This document shows positions 1-15,470 of a stretch of DNA of 64,000 nucleotides, piece after piece. Under the pieces are notes generated by a model. The model ran no database searches. It worked only from the letters and a program-made list of their open reading frames with translations, and had not been told where the DNA came from. Both the position numbers and the translations under genes were made by a program. Every line of letters starts with the position of its first letter. The first letter of the stretch is position 1. The stretch is from the human T2T-CHM13v2.0 reference genome, Homo sapiens, in assembly GCF_009914755.1 (NCBI RefSeq), contig NC_060928.1; one strand, given 5' to 3'.

Positions 1-109
1 ATTTAGTTTATCTGTACAATTAAGCTAACTTCTCCCCGAAAAGAAGCAGTTCTCATATTCTAACTTTGTTTTAATAACTTTTTACTTATATAAACACATG
101 TACTTATTG

Positions 110-281
110 TTTTGTTTTGTTTTGTTTTGAGACAGGGTCTCCCTCTGTCACCCAAGCTGAAGTACAGTTGTGCAGCCATAGCTCACTGTAACCTTTAACT
201 CCTGGCCTCAAGCAATCTTCCTAACTCAGTCTCCCAAAGTGCTGGGATTACATTTACAGGCATATACCACCATGCTCAGCT
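110..281 (-). mobile_element. Alu monomer (FRAM/FAM-like), old
   Basis: (TTTTG)n tail then gagacagggtct...gctcactgta...gctgggatta; single arm only. Confidence 0.8.
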
Positions 282-1239
282 CACATGCACTTAATTTTTA
301 AAAATAAGATGGTACTTTTAAAAGCTTATATCTAAATACAGCAGTCTCTTTTCTCCTTACTAAAAGAGGCTTCCTCCCTAAAGACAGCCCCTTTCAACAT
401 TCTTAGCCATTCTTCTGCTAGTTGCTTCCATGTTTCTAAAAATTGTCTTCTTTCTGCTATTTCTGTTACATTTTTCATTCTTTTATTCAAATAAGTAATA
501 TATTTACATAGTTCAACATTCAAGAAAAAAAAAGATAAAAACAATCAAAGTCTCTTTCCTACCCTGGTCCCCAGCCTCCCGAATTTTCTTTTGGCAGGCA
601 ACCAGTATTACCAGCCTCTCCCATATCCTTCCTGAAATGTCCTTGGATATACATATACTACTGATTATTGATAAATTTTTTGTATTATCTGTTGACTCTC
701 ACTTATAGTAGATGAGAACTTAGCTTTCTCTTCTACACTCTACTTTCTGTCTTTCCTTTCTTATGACTTACTTATAGTACAAGTCTTGATTACGTCTGTA
801 TTTATATTACTAGGACCATGTAAATATTGTCACTGCTGAGTCAAGTAGTTTACTATAGTTGTGTTTCCTTTCATAGGCTGGATTTTTTTTTGTTTTGTTT
901 TATCCAGAGCTAATTATTACTTCATTTTTTTATACTAGATTTTCTATGGGTTTATTGTTAGTCTTCTTCAAATGCTCCAACAGATATGTCACGATTATTA
1001 AAGTTTTTTGTTTAATTCAAAACGTTCCCGACACTTTATGGGTTCCACTTCTCCACTCCCTCTGGGATTTTCCTCTCTTAGTTCTCAATCCCACCCCAAT
1101 TTGGACTGGTTTTATTTCCGCCCCAAGATGCTATTGTTTGGGGCTTGCTTTTGTAATTCTTCTACATTAGATTCTCTTTTCCTAGAACCCCATATCTTTT
1201 CCTTGCTTGGTTTAATTCTGTTTTTCTGAAATAAATCCT

Positions 1240-2330
<1,091 letters not shown>

Positions 2331-2444
2331 GAGTCTTTGCGTGATTGATGGGTTTGGTAATTGGGACAAGACCTTTGTAGGGTGATCTGGCAGTAATCTA
2401 GGTTTTTCTTTGGGTGATCCCAAAAGGCAGTGCTGGAAGGATTT

Positions 2445-2698
<254 letters not shown>

Positions 2699-2994
2699 TA
2701 ATGGGACCATTTAGTTTCTTCTAAGACTAAGAAGCCTCCTAAGAATACTTCTGCTTTGGGTAAATAAAAGTGACTTCCACCATTCTAGGAGCATGAAATG
2801 GAACAGAATCTGGAATGCCTACCATTCAGTATACAGATTCACTTTAATCTCCAGCTTTCAGTTTGGTATGCTTCCACCTCCCGGGGGTCTGTCTGGAGAC
2901 CTCAGATTAAATTTCTCCTCTTGAATAGAGGCTGTTAATTTTTCAGCATTTTACTTAACCACAGGGCTGTCAGGGTGTGTGTGGTAAAATTAGC

Positions 2995-3100
2995 CACATA
3001 ATGATCTCAAGAGTATGGACCCTACAGCCAGAATGTTTGAGTTTAAATCCTGGCTGTGGTAGTTACTAGTTGCATGACCTTGGTCAAGTTCCCTAAGCCC
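2995..3100 (+). mobile_element. MIR fragment
   Basis: gagtttaaatcctggct...ttactagttgcatgaccttggtcaagtt MIR core. Confidence 0.65.
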
Positions 3101-4778
3101 TGCAGTTGGTGACTCCACACTAAAGGTGAATACCACAGTGTCCAGGGAGGTAAAGAACACATTTGGATTTTATTTCTTTTCTTCACGGTCTATTAGTTTT
3201 GTACTGTAAGAATGCTTTCTTTTATAACACATAACCAAACCAATGAAAGCACAAAGGAATACAATTGCACACATGATCTTGCCGCGAAGATGGTATGGTG
3301 TTTCCCACTGAAGTAATTCATTGTTCACAGAATTTGGCAATAAGAAAAGGAAAAAAGTCTCTAAACAAATAACCCATTGAAAAACATACCATGATTTGAG
3401 GATGACGCAATGGCAAATTGCAACATGGAAAGAAGTCCTGAATGAAAATTTTATATTACAAAAAGATCAAAAACTGTCCAACAAAATGGCAAAGAAACAA
3501 TGTTTATTTTGAAGTCTTACTCAGTTTTCATGTTTGACTTTACTCTCGCAGTCTTACCAAGTTATTTATTTTCAGTTTACCACCATACTTAGAAATAGCA
3601 TGGGATCTTTCTCAGCTCTTAATTCCCTTTGCCCCTGGGACAAGTATAAAACTATGGGGGTGCAGTGAATCCTACACCCTCCACAGTAACTGGAAGGAGA
3701 AAAACAATTGCCTGGAGAAAACTGCAGGAGAAAAGAGCGCAGACTTAGGTCAAACCTTCACAAACAGTGCCTAATTTAAAGGACACAGGCATGAGGTTCT
3801 GTCCACCAGTGGTCCTAGGCTTCCAGGGGTTGCTGAAAGTGATCCTGAATCCCTCTGCCCAGAATTTCTCTTCTGCAGACTTTCTGACTTGGAAGCACAG
3901 GAAATGGTAAAACACATAAGTGTTGGATAACATGAAATATAAAAACATGTACTTTATGAGGCTCATTTGCCAGTTTCTTTGCCATTAATTAATTCTTGGT
4001 TTATTTGTGATTTTTAAAAATAGAGAAAATGTAGCCAGCTACTTATAAGTAAACATTTTAAATAGGAAAAATTTACAAAGGTGTCTGTACAAGGATTTTT
4101 TTTTTTGCATTTGTTTATATTCATTTACCTACATTAGGGAATTGGTTAAATAAATTGTGCTACATTCATAAAATAGCATGCTATGCAACCACACACACAC
4201 AAATGAGCATATAGAACTAAATATTTCTATAAGGAAAGTTATCCATGATATATTCTTGGTAAGAAGGCAAAATAAATAATAAATTACATAAATTGTTTTG
4301 TTTTAATAGGCACTGTTTTGATAATATGTTTTCCTAGGAAACCGTCTTGCATGATACTAAATTGTTAAGTAATGATTTCTCTGTGGTAGGATGTTATATG
4401 AATTTTTGCAAAGAGCATTTATTGCTTTGGAACTAGAGAAAAAAGTGACCAAAGATAGGCAGTGACCAAAGGCAGGCACTGGGAACCACAGAGTTAGATG
4501 AAAATGATCTTAATAACAACAAATTAGATAATCATGATTGCCTGGGATTAACACTGTAGAGACTTTAAGGGAAATAACTCGAAACATTTTTTTCATTTTC
4601 TCAAATAAAACCAGTTGGGTGAGGAGGCAAGGGAGTGTCAAAGAAGTTTTTCTGAAAAAAAAAAAAAATCAAAGAAAATCAATTGAGTAGGCTTAAAGAT
4701 ATAAAATAGTGTTTCTTAAATTAGGAAGTATATTTGTATATAGCAGTTGGTTTAATTGCATTTTTAGAAGTTCTCTAA

Positions 4779-5058
4779 GGCTGGGTGTATTGGCACTCAC
4801 CTGTAATCCCAGCACTTTGGGAGGGACTACTTCAGCTTAGGAGTTCAAGACCAGCCTGAGCAATATAGCAAGACCCCGTCTCTACTAATCAATCAATCAA
4901 TCAATAGCTGGGCATGGTGGCACATGCCTGTAGTCCCAGATACTCAGGAGGCTGAGGTGGGAGGATCACTTGAGCTTGAGAGGCCGAGGCTGCAGTGAGC
5001 TGATTGTACCACTGCACTCCCACCTGGATGACAGAGCGAGACTTATCTCAAAAAAAAA
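4779..5058 (+). mobile_element. AluJ-type
   Basis: Dimeric Alu with (AATC)n linker and A tail. Confidence 0.9.
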
Positions 5059-7274
5059 GTCTTTAAAATACATTCTCATAGTGTTGATTCTTCTCAGCTC
5101 TAACCTAGCACTTATTCAAAATTCTTTAAGAGTTTCATTTGATTAAAAAATCCTTCCACAGTGGAGGCATCTTGTTCTCTTCAAGAACTTGATACATATT
5201 GAAGAGTGGAGAGGCTGTTACTTACGACACACTTGGGGCCAATATTTCAGGCAGAGTCTTGAAAGAAACTTTGCTGTGACTGACCTGCCTCAGAAAACTT
5301 AGACTCCCACACCATGCTTTAATGTACACATTGAACCTATCCAGTTTGCTTTATTTAACAGTTCCCTACGTTTGTTTTCTGGGAGACAGCAGGCTTAGTT
5401 ATCAGATTATTCCAAGATAAACTGTGTAATATGCTCTTCTTATGATGATCTACCTTGGTATGTGACTTTTGATTTAATTTCACTTGCCTATTTGAGGTAG
5501 CATTTTTTTGACCTATCATTTTTCTGGCATATTTCAAGTTTTGTAAATATATACAACTGTATGTGTGTGTATATTGTATATATGAATGTATATGTATTTA
5601 TATGATGTTTTACTAAAAAACAAAAAAAATTAAGCCATAGAATTTGTAAAGATTTTAATATTGATGAAAGCTCTCTGTGATTCTTCACTCTAACATTGAC
5701 AAAAGAATCAACCTTGTGAAATATTCCTCCAGACTTGCACATAGTCTATAATTGGAATGTATTTGAATTTTCAAGATTTCCAAATGTCTACGTGTGGCAT
5801 CTTTCCATGCCTAAATATGGGATACGTGAACCATGTTCATTTTCCTTTATAGCACAGCACTTCGTGTGAGTGAGGCGCGTGTCTCTCCACAATGGCCGTC
5901 TACACAATCAGGCACATTCTAACTTCATCCGCATCTAAAGAACAGATGTGCACTTGTGTGGCCATCCATGGAGGTATTCATGGCGCCTGCAGCTGGGATG
6001 TGGATGGTACATTTCAATCCACTGCATAGCAAAATACATGCTGAAGTGAATGGCCTGATTGTTGAGGATAACAGTGTTAGCCTTTTTACTGAAGAAGAAG
6101 GAGAAGGAGGAGGAAGAGGGGGAAAAGGGAGGTGGAGGAGAAGGAGAATGAAGGGTAAGAGACAAGACAAGGTTTAATCAACCTCAGTTATACAGTAACT
6201 TTCATTCTGATTGTAACAAACAAGTTAATCTACATTGACAAATTAGTTACCATCTCTATCACCACTTTTCAGTGAATATGAATATGTTCATTAGAATATG
6301 TTTTTAAACTAATCAATATAATTGTCTGGTATCCCTTGAACACTAGGAATGGCATGTTTAACCGGACCCCAGCCTGGTGAGCTTCAGGCTGATGGTGCAG
6401 GGCATTGTGGCTATAAAAGGGGTGGTATTGGGGGTGGCGGCAGGGAGCAGATTAGTTGCAAAGCATCTGCCGCATGGTTGCTTTTTAAAAAAATCCTGCA
6501 GTTATGCCACAGCAACCCCCAAACACAAGCTGGTTAGTACCACACAACTGCTTTTTGAATGCTGAGCACATTCACCCACAAGCTAAATTGTAGGCAAGCC
6601 CTGGAGCTTTTACTCCTCTTGGGAAATTTGCTGGGGATGAGGTGAGCCTGGGAAACCTACTCAGAGGCCCTGTATATGATGTCCAGATTGAACCCTATGC
6701 CAGGGAGCTCAGCCAGGGAGTAAAAACAGCTGTCCCTTTGCTCATCAAGCCCTTCACCCTGTTGAGGGCTATGCCAGCCCTGAGAAAGGGACACCTTTTT
6801 CTAATCACACAAAGGGCTACTGGTGGGCTGCCCAACTAGATGTGATGTTAGCTATAACCACTGACACCTGACCAGTAGACTTGGCAGGCACCAGGCTAAG
6901 ACTATTATTATCTTACTTTACACTCATAACTACCATTAGCTGCTTTTTATAAATGAGGAAATGGAGATCTAGAAAAAGTAAGTGGCTTTCCCAAGATAGC
7001 TTTCATAGTCCCACCTTCCCTTTTTTAGTAAGGATGGGTTGCTAGCCTTAGGACCGAGGCTGTGGGACAGCAGGTCCCAAGAGTTCGTTGAATCAGCATA
7101 TCCAGCATCTGGGAAGGGTCAGCGTTTTCCATGCCCAGGTGGCCAAATGTAAACTACTATAGATACTTATCCTGTACATATTTGATACTTGATCATGTCT
7201 GATGTAGCTCTGCACCCCTCACAAATCCTACCAGCACACTTTAACACAGCAAAGTTTCACTCAGTATGAATTGG

Positions 7275-7589
7275 GGCTAGACGTGGTGACTCACACCTGT
7301 AATCCCAGCAATCTGGGAGGCTGAGGCAGGCGGATCACCTGAGGTTGGGAGTTCCAGACCAGCCTGACCAACATGGTGAAACCCCGTCTCCACTAAAAAT
7401 ACAAAAATTAGCCAGGCATGGTGGCGGGTGCCTGTAATCCCAGCTACTTGGGAGGCTGAGGCAGAAGAATCACTTGAACCCAGGAGGCAGAGTTTGCAGT
7501 GAGCTGAGATCACATAATTTCACTCTAGCCTAGGCAACAGAGCGAGACTCCATCTCAAAAACACAAAACAAAACAAAAAAATATATATA
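7275..7589 (+). mobile_element. AluS-type with TSD tatgaattgg
   Basis: Full-length Alu; TSD at 7265-7274 and 7590-7599. Confidence 0.93.
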
Positions 7590-8160
7590 TATGAATTGGA
7601 TTGGTTAATGGAAAAAAAGGTATGTCCTGGTTTAAGGGCTTCAGTGACATTTAAAATATGTTTCTTTTGGAAAATTGGAAAATTACACAAAAGTAGAAAG
7701 AGCATGAAACCTCCATGAATCCAAATTCAGTGTCAACAGTTACCAACATTTTGCCAACCTTGTCCCTCCCCGCATCCCAGCTTTTTGCCATATTTTCGTT
7801 TTGGGGCTTTTTTTTTTTTTTTTTTTTTGCTAATGTATTTTAAAGCAAATCTCAGATATTTTGATTCACATGTCACTATGGATAACTAACAGATAAGGGT
7901 TTTTAAAAAGTAACCACCATGGAATTATTATACCTAATATTAACAATAATTTTTAAATATAATGTAATACCTAGACCATATTCAAATTGATTACCTCAAA
8001 GGTGTCTTTCTGCAGTTAGTTTGTGGAATCAGAATGGAAATTATGTGCACAGTGTATTTGGTTATGTCTCTTGTATTTTCTCTCATAGTTTCACCTCCCC
8101 TTTTATGATAGTAATTTTTTTTTTTTTTAGAAACCACGGCATTTATTACAGTGATTTTTA

Positions 8161-8460
8161 TTTTTATTTTTTATTTTTTGAGACAGAGTCTTGCTCTTTC
8201 ACCCAGGCCGGAGTGCAGTGGTGCTATCTCGGCTCACTGCAAGCTCCACCTCCTGGGTTCACGCCATTCTCCTGCCTCAGCCTCCTGAGTAGCTGGGACT
8301 ACAGGCGCCCGCCACCGCGCCCGGCTAATTTTTTGTATTTTTAGTAGAGATGGGGTTTCACCATGTTAGCCAGGATGGTCTCGATCTCCTGACCCCATGA
8401 TCCGCCCGCCTTGGCCTCCCAAAGTGCTGGGATTACAGGCATGAGCCACTACACCCAGCC
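8161..8460 (-). mobile_element. AluY-type with 17-bp TSD
   Basis: Y-like diagnostics (gcaagctcc, ttcacgccattc, gttagccaggatggtctcgatc); TSD tattacagtgattttta at 8144-8160 and 8461-8477. Confidence 0.93.
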
Positions 8461-9216
8461 TATTACAGTGATTTTTAACTGACTCTGGAAACACTTCCTG
8501 GAAGGGAGTTGATGCTCAGTTTTCAGGAGATTTGGGAATTCTCGGTTAGATCATAATTGTTCATTCAGCGCAAATGTGTACTGAATGCCCACTGTGTGCC
8601 CACCCTCTGCCCAATGCCGGAGATACAGTGGTATCCCAGTGCCCTGTCTGCTGGAAAGTGATGAGTGGCCATAAAACAGGATAGGAACATAGAGAATAAC
8701 CAGGATCAGGGGAGGGAGGTGGTGGCTTTAGAGGGGGTAGTTCGACAAGGACTGAAGCAGTAACATTTTGAGACCTCAGTAATGAAGATCTGGAGAGCAG
8801 TGTTCCAGGCAGAAGGAACAAGGGCTCAAGACAGAGACAGCAAAGAGCTCAGTGAGTTACAGCCAGAGAAACAAGCACACTGCATGAATGTGGGAGGTAG
8901 AAGGGCTCCTTGGGGCCACAACCCCAGGCGCTTGGGAAGAGAATGGATTTTAACCTGGGCACAGTGCAAAATGATTGATGTCATGTTATCACCCCTGATT
9001 TAACCAGGTTTCAAAAATTTCCTTACCAGCTAATGGCATGGGGATGTGGCTGGAGTGCAAAGTGACACCCTTCGGCCTGGGTTTAGGTGTCTCTAATCGC
9101 CCTCACCTGCACTTGTGCCATCGCACACTCAAGGCTTAGGGGTTGAGGAAGGAGTGCTGGAAGGGCCCAGAAGGCAGAGCACTGGTGTCTGCACTATCAG
9201 GTTCAAAGCCCAGAAA

Positions 9217-9960
9217 GGCCAGGCATGGAGTGGCTCACGCCTGTAATCCCAACGCTTTGGGGTCTGGAGGATTGCTTGAGGCCAAGAGTTTGAGACCAGC
9301 CTGGCCAACATGGTGAGCCCCTACCTCTATTTAAATTTTCTTAAATTAAAAAATAGACCAGACACAGTGGCTCACACCTGTAATCCCAGCACTTTGGGAG
9401 GCCGAGGGGGGTGGATTACGAGGTCAGGAGTTTGAGACCAGCCTGGCAACATGGTAAAACCCCATCTCTACTAAAAGTACAAACAATTAGCTGGGCATGG
9501 TGGTGGGCGCCTGTGGTCCCAGCTACTTGGGAGGCTGAGGCAAGCAGAATCGCTTGAACCCGGGAGGCGGAGGTTGCAGTGAGCCGAGATCGCGCCATTG
9601 CACTCCAGCCTGGATGACAAGAGCAAAACTCCGTCTCAAAATAATAATAATAATAATAAGGCCGGACGTGGTGGCTCACACCTGCAATCCCTGCACTTTG
9701 GGAGGCCAAGACGGGTGGATCCCTGAGGTCAGGAGTTCAAGACCAGCCGGACCAACATGGAAAAACCCCATCACTACTAAAAATACAAAAATCAGCCGGG
9801 TGTGGTGGCACACGCCTGTGGTCCCAGCTACTCAGAAGGCTGAGGCAGAAGAATCGCTTGAACCTGGGAGGCAGAGGTTGCAGAGCCAAGATCGCGCCAC
9901 TGCAGTCTATCCTGGGTGACAAAGTGAGACTGTCTCAAAATATAAGAATAATAATTAATA
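9217..9960 (+). mobile_element. Tandem Alu cluster: left monomer plus two full AluS
   Basis: Monomer about 9217-9345, Alu about 9356-9659 with (AAT)n tail, Alu about 9660-9960. Confidence 0.9.
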
Positions 9961-10087
9961 AATACATAAAAACAAAAGGAAATGCAAGCAACACATTCTC
10001 AAGGTGGCCACAGGAGGGACAGTAGCAGAAGCCCCAGGCCCCCGGGTGGGAATAGCCCTCGTGGGTGCCTGAAGTGCCCGATGGCAG

Positions 10088-10183
10088 AGATGACAGCCCT
10101 TGGATGCTAGACCTCAGACCTTTGCTGCTGGGTGGTGACCCAGCAGCAAAGGTCTGAGGTCTAGCATCCAAGGGCTGTCATCT
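10088..10183. repeat. Perfect 46-bp inverted repeat with 4-nt spacer
   Basis: 10088-10133 is the exact reverse complement of 10138-10183; loop GGTG; checked base by base. Confidence 0.97.
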
Positions 10184-10246
10184 TAATGACAGCACCGTTT
10201 TCAGTGGAAACCCTTGCATTGCCTATGGGTTTTATTTCTCCTTCTC

Positions 10247-10332
10247 CTTACACTTCTGGGGATTCTAAGTCAATGGCACTGCAGTTTGAAGATGTGGCAG
10301 TGCCATTGACTTAGAGTCACCAGAAGTGTAAG
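10247..10332. repeat. 36-bp inverted repeat (34/36 matched) with 14-nt spacer
   Basis: cttacacttctggggattctaagtcaatggcactgc / gcagtgccattgacttagagtcaccagaagtgtaag. Confidence 0.95.
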
Positions 10333-11053
10333 AACGGTGGCCCCCCCTGAAAGTGTGGCTGATGCATTCCATTTGCCAGGAAAGCCAGACCTTTCCATCC
10401 CTTCCCTCTTTCTTTCCTCTCCTGGTATAAGATCCAGGAATCAGTCCTGAGACTCAGGGTGAACAGAGAGAGAAGGACATAAGCACCTCCCAGGCCTCCC
10501 AGTACCCGCTGTTAGTGTGGGGGCTTCTCTGGCTCCTGGTCAGGCCCCCTGCCCCCACCGGGTGTGCAAAGGAGCAGGGCCTTTTTGCCCACAGATCAGA
10601 CAGGCTGCCCTTTCCCAGGGCTGCGGCCAACCTGCCAGCACCAGGATTCTTCCAGAACAGTTTCCTGAGAGCAGGGCGGTGATTTCAGCAGCAATATACT
10701 CACCAATTATTCATCTCACTGAATTTCATTAGTTTAAAAAATTATGTTTCTCTTTATTATAAAGGCAGGCAATTGACTACTGCCTGAAGAATAAACTCAG
10801 TGACGCTAGAGAGAGCTCGGCAGTATGTGAATAAAAGGTCATTAACAAGCCTAGTTCTTGCCATAAAGACAGGTGAGAGGAAAATAAACTCTCAAGGATG
10901 AGTAAATCACATCTCCTCAGCCATCTTTATCAAATACATGGCAAGATTGCCACTGTATGTGAACAGAACACAAGTAACCGTTTAATGGCTGCTTCCATTC
11001 GGGAGGCTTAGATGATCCAAGTTCCCACATCTTTGTCAACTGGTGCAGTTTTT

Positions 11054-11384
11054 GTTGTTGTTGTTGTTTTGTTTTTGTTTTGTTTTTTTTGAGACAGAGT
11101 TTTGCTCCTATTGCCCAGGTTAGGGTGCAGTGGTGCAATCTCGGCTCGCTGCAACCTCCGCCTTCTGCCTTCCGGTTTCAAGCGATTCTCCTGCCTCAGC
11201 CTCCCAAGTCACTGGAATTACAGGCGTCTGCCACAATGCCCAGCTAATTATTTTTTTGTATTTTTAGTAGAGACAGGGTTTCACCATATTGGTCAGGCTG
11301 GTCTCGAACTGCTGACCTCGTGATCCACCCGCCTCGGCTTCCCAACGTGCTGGCATTACAGGCCTGAGCCACCGAGCCCGGCCC
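11054..11384 (-). mobile_element. AluS-type with 17-bp TSD
   Basis: TSD caactggtgcagttttt at 11037-11053 and 11385-11401. Confidence 0.93.
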
Positions 11385-11754
11385 CAACTGGTGCAGTTTT
11401 TTTCCGGCGTATTGATTTCCTTGGGCAGTTATCGGAAGTGATGTGCACAGCCGGATATTCCCTATCCTTGAGCAATGCAAGAACTCTCACACTGCCGTGA
11501 TGGTTGCCTTCACCGAGACTGGACTCTCAGAACTGGATTGGGAAACAGCGGGGGGAGGGGGTGCATGGCAGATCTAGGAAAACACACTCAGGAAGCTTCC
11601 ATGGACAGGGCCTGGGTGGAGTTGAATAGCAGGAGGAAGGCGGATGGTGAATTTGGAAGAGTAAGGAGGTCAAAGTGGCAATAGGCTACATATGCAACAT
11701 GATGTCTTTTTAATTTGGAGTTTTCTCCTCTTTCTTTTTACAAAATACTCTCTT

Positions 11755-12976
<1,222 letters not shown>

Positions 12977-12990
12977 TACATGCTATTTAT

Positions 12991-13725
<735 letters not shown>

Positions 13726-13774
13726 TCAGGAGTCCTAGAATATGGAAGAAAGGGAGAATGGATGGTGGCTCGCT

Positions 13775-13888
13775 CCTTCCTTCCTTCCTTCCTTCCTTCC
13801 TTCCTTCCTTCCTTCCTTCCTTCTTTCCCTCCCATCCTCCCTCCTTCCTTCCTCTACTTTCTTTCTCTTTCTCCCTTTCCTCTCTTCC
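13775..13888. repeat. (TTCC)n microsatellite and pyrimidine tract (Alu tail derived)
   Basis: About 11 consecutive TTCC units then degenerate CT tract. Confidence 0.95.
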
Positions 13889-14171
13889 TTGATGGAGTCT
13901 CGATCTTGTCACCCAGGCTGAAGTGCAGTGGGGCGGTCTTGGCTCACTGCAACCTCCACCTCCAGGACTCCAGTGATCCTTCCACCTCAGCCTAACGAGT
14001 AGGTGGGACTACAGGTGCACACCACCACGCCTGGCTAATTTTTGTATTTTTTGTAGAGATAGGATTTCAGCAGTTTGCCCAGACCACTCCCAAACTCCTG
14101 GGCTCAAGCAATCTGCACACCTCGGCCTCCCAAGGTGTTGGGATTACAGCTGTGAGCCACCGCACCTGGCC
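13889..14171 (-). mobile_element. AluJ-type
   Basis: gatggagtctc...gtgagccaccgcacctggcc. Confidence 0.9.
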
Positions 14172-15000
14172 ATGATTAGCAGTTTCTATCAAATCAAGTC
14201 CTCTTCAGAAGACAGTTTGGCTCCTGGCAGCCTCCATAAAATCTGGGACCCAAGAGCCCCACTGAGAGGTCAGGCTGGCCCTGTCTCGTAATGCAGCTCG
14301 GTTAGCACAGGGGCTGATGTGCAGGCTGTAGGTTCCGTAACCTCCTGCCATCTCAAGCATGCACCCCCAGCGCCCCAACCCCACGCCGAACTCTGTGGAC
14401 TGTAGGAGATCCACTCGTCGATGACCAGTTACTGTACTTGAAGGTTAATCCCTCACGTGGCTTTTGTCTAAGAGAACAAACGATTAAAAAAGAAAACAAA
14501 ACTGAAGAGAATACCTTGAGTCAGAATGAAGGCTCTTGTGCCTTCTGGCTGCCTCCTGTGCTTATAGTGAAACAGAAGTCACACTTATTTTGCAGTTTGA
14601 GAGAGGGTAAAAATGCCTGTTTTGTTGAAAAGCTCACTATGCTAGCTAATAAACAGTGTTTTTGGTTCCTTGAGATGTTGGCTTTAAGGCAGGGGATAAT
14701 ACAGAATGACTCCTGGTCAAAAAAATTTGAGACTCATGCATCCTGTAGCCTTCTCTTAGAGATTCACAATGCACATTAATACTTTAAAGGCTCTGAGAGG
14801 CCCTCTGTTCCTGCAACTTTTCTGTAAGTTTAAAATTATTTCCCAATAAGAAAAATTTTATGTGCTATTTATTATATTAGTTAAGACTTAATGCAGCTGT
14901 CACAGAAAACACATGACAGTAGCTTAATCAAGAGTAAAATTTACTTCTCTTCAAGTAAAAGGAATCTGCCAGAAGTTTTCTGAAAGTTGTCAGGTCTCAA

Positions 15001-15218
15001 GCTCCAACACTTTGGGAGGCCAAGGTAGGAGGATGGCTTGAGCTCAGGAGTTTGAGACTAGCCTGGGCAACAAACACAGTGAGACCTCATCTCTACAAAA
15101 AATTTAAAAATTAGCCCGGGTATGGTGGCACTTACTTGTGGTCCCAGCTACTTGGGAGACTGAGGCTGGTGAAGGTCAAAGCTGCAGTGAGTCATGATCT
15201 CACCACTGCACTCCAGCC
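15001..15218 (+). mobile_element. AluJ-type, truncated at both ends
   Basis: cactttgggaggccaagg...cactgcactccagcc then AT-rich tract instead of normal 3' end. Confidence 0.85.
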
Positions 15219-15470
15219 ATTAATTAATTGTTAATTAATATCAAATATTAACAGTAATTTGTTAATAGCAATTTTGATATTAATACATTAATTTTATTTT
15301 TAAAATAAATAATGTTAAGTAAATACCTACTTAATAATAAAATTAATTTATTAATATTAATACTTAAATTTATGTTAAAATAAATTTTAAAGTATTTAAT
15401 AAATTATTTTATTGATATTAAAATTAATATTTAATGTTAAATATTATTATTTGATTATTAATAAAATAAA
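15219..15470. repeat. Extremely AT-rich low-complexity tract with short inverted repeats
   Basis: Almost only A/T; attaattaa-ttg-ttaattaat and tattaaca...tgttaata. Confidence 0.9.

Noticed and set aside
3100-3870. Possible old DNA-transposon remnant
   Set aside because: Could not identify terminal inverted repeats or a family by eye.
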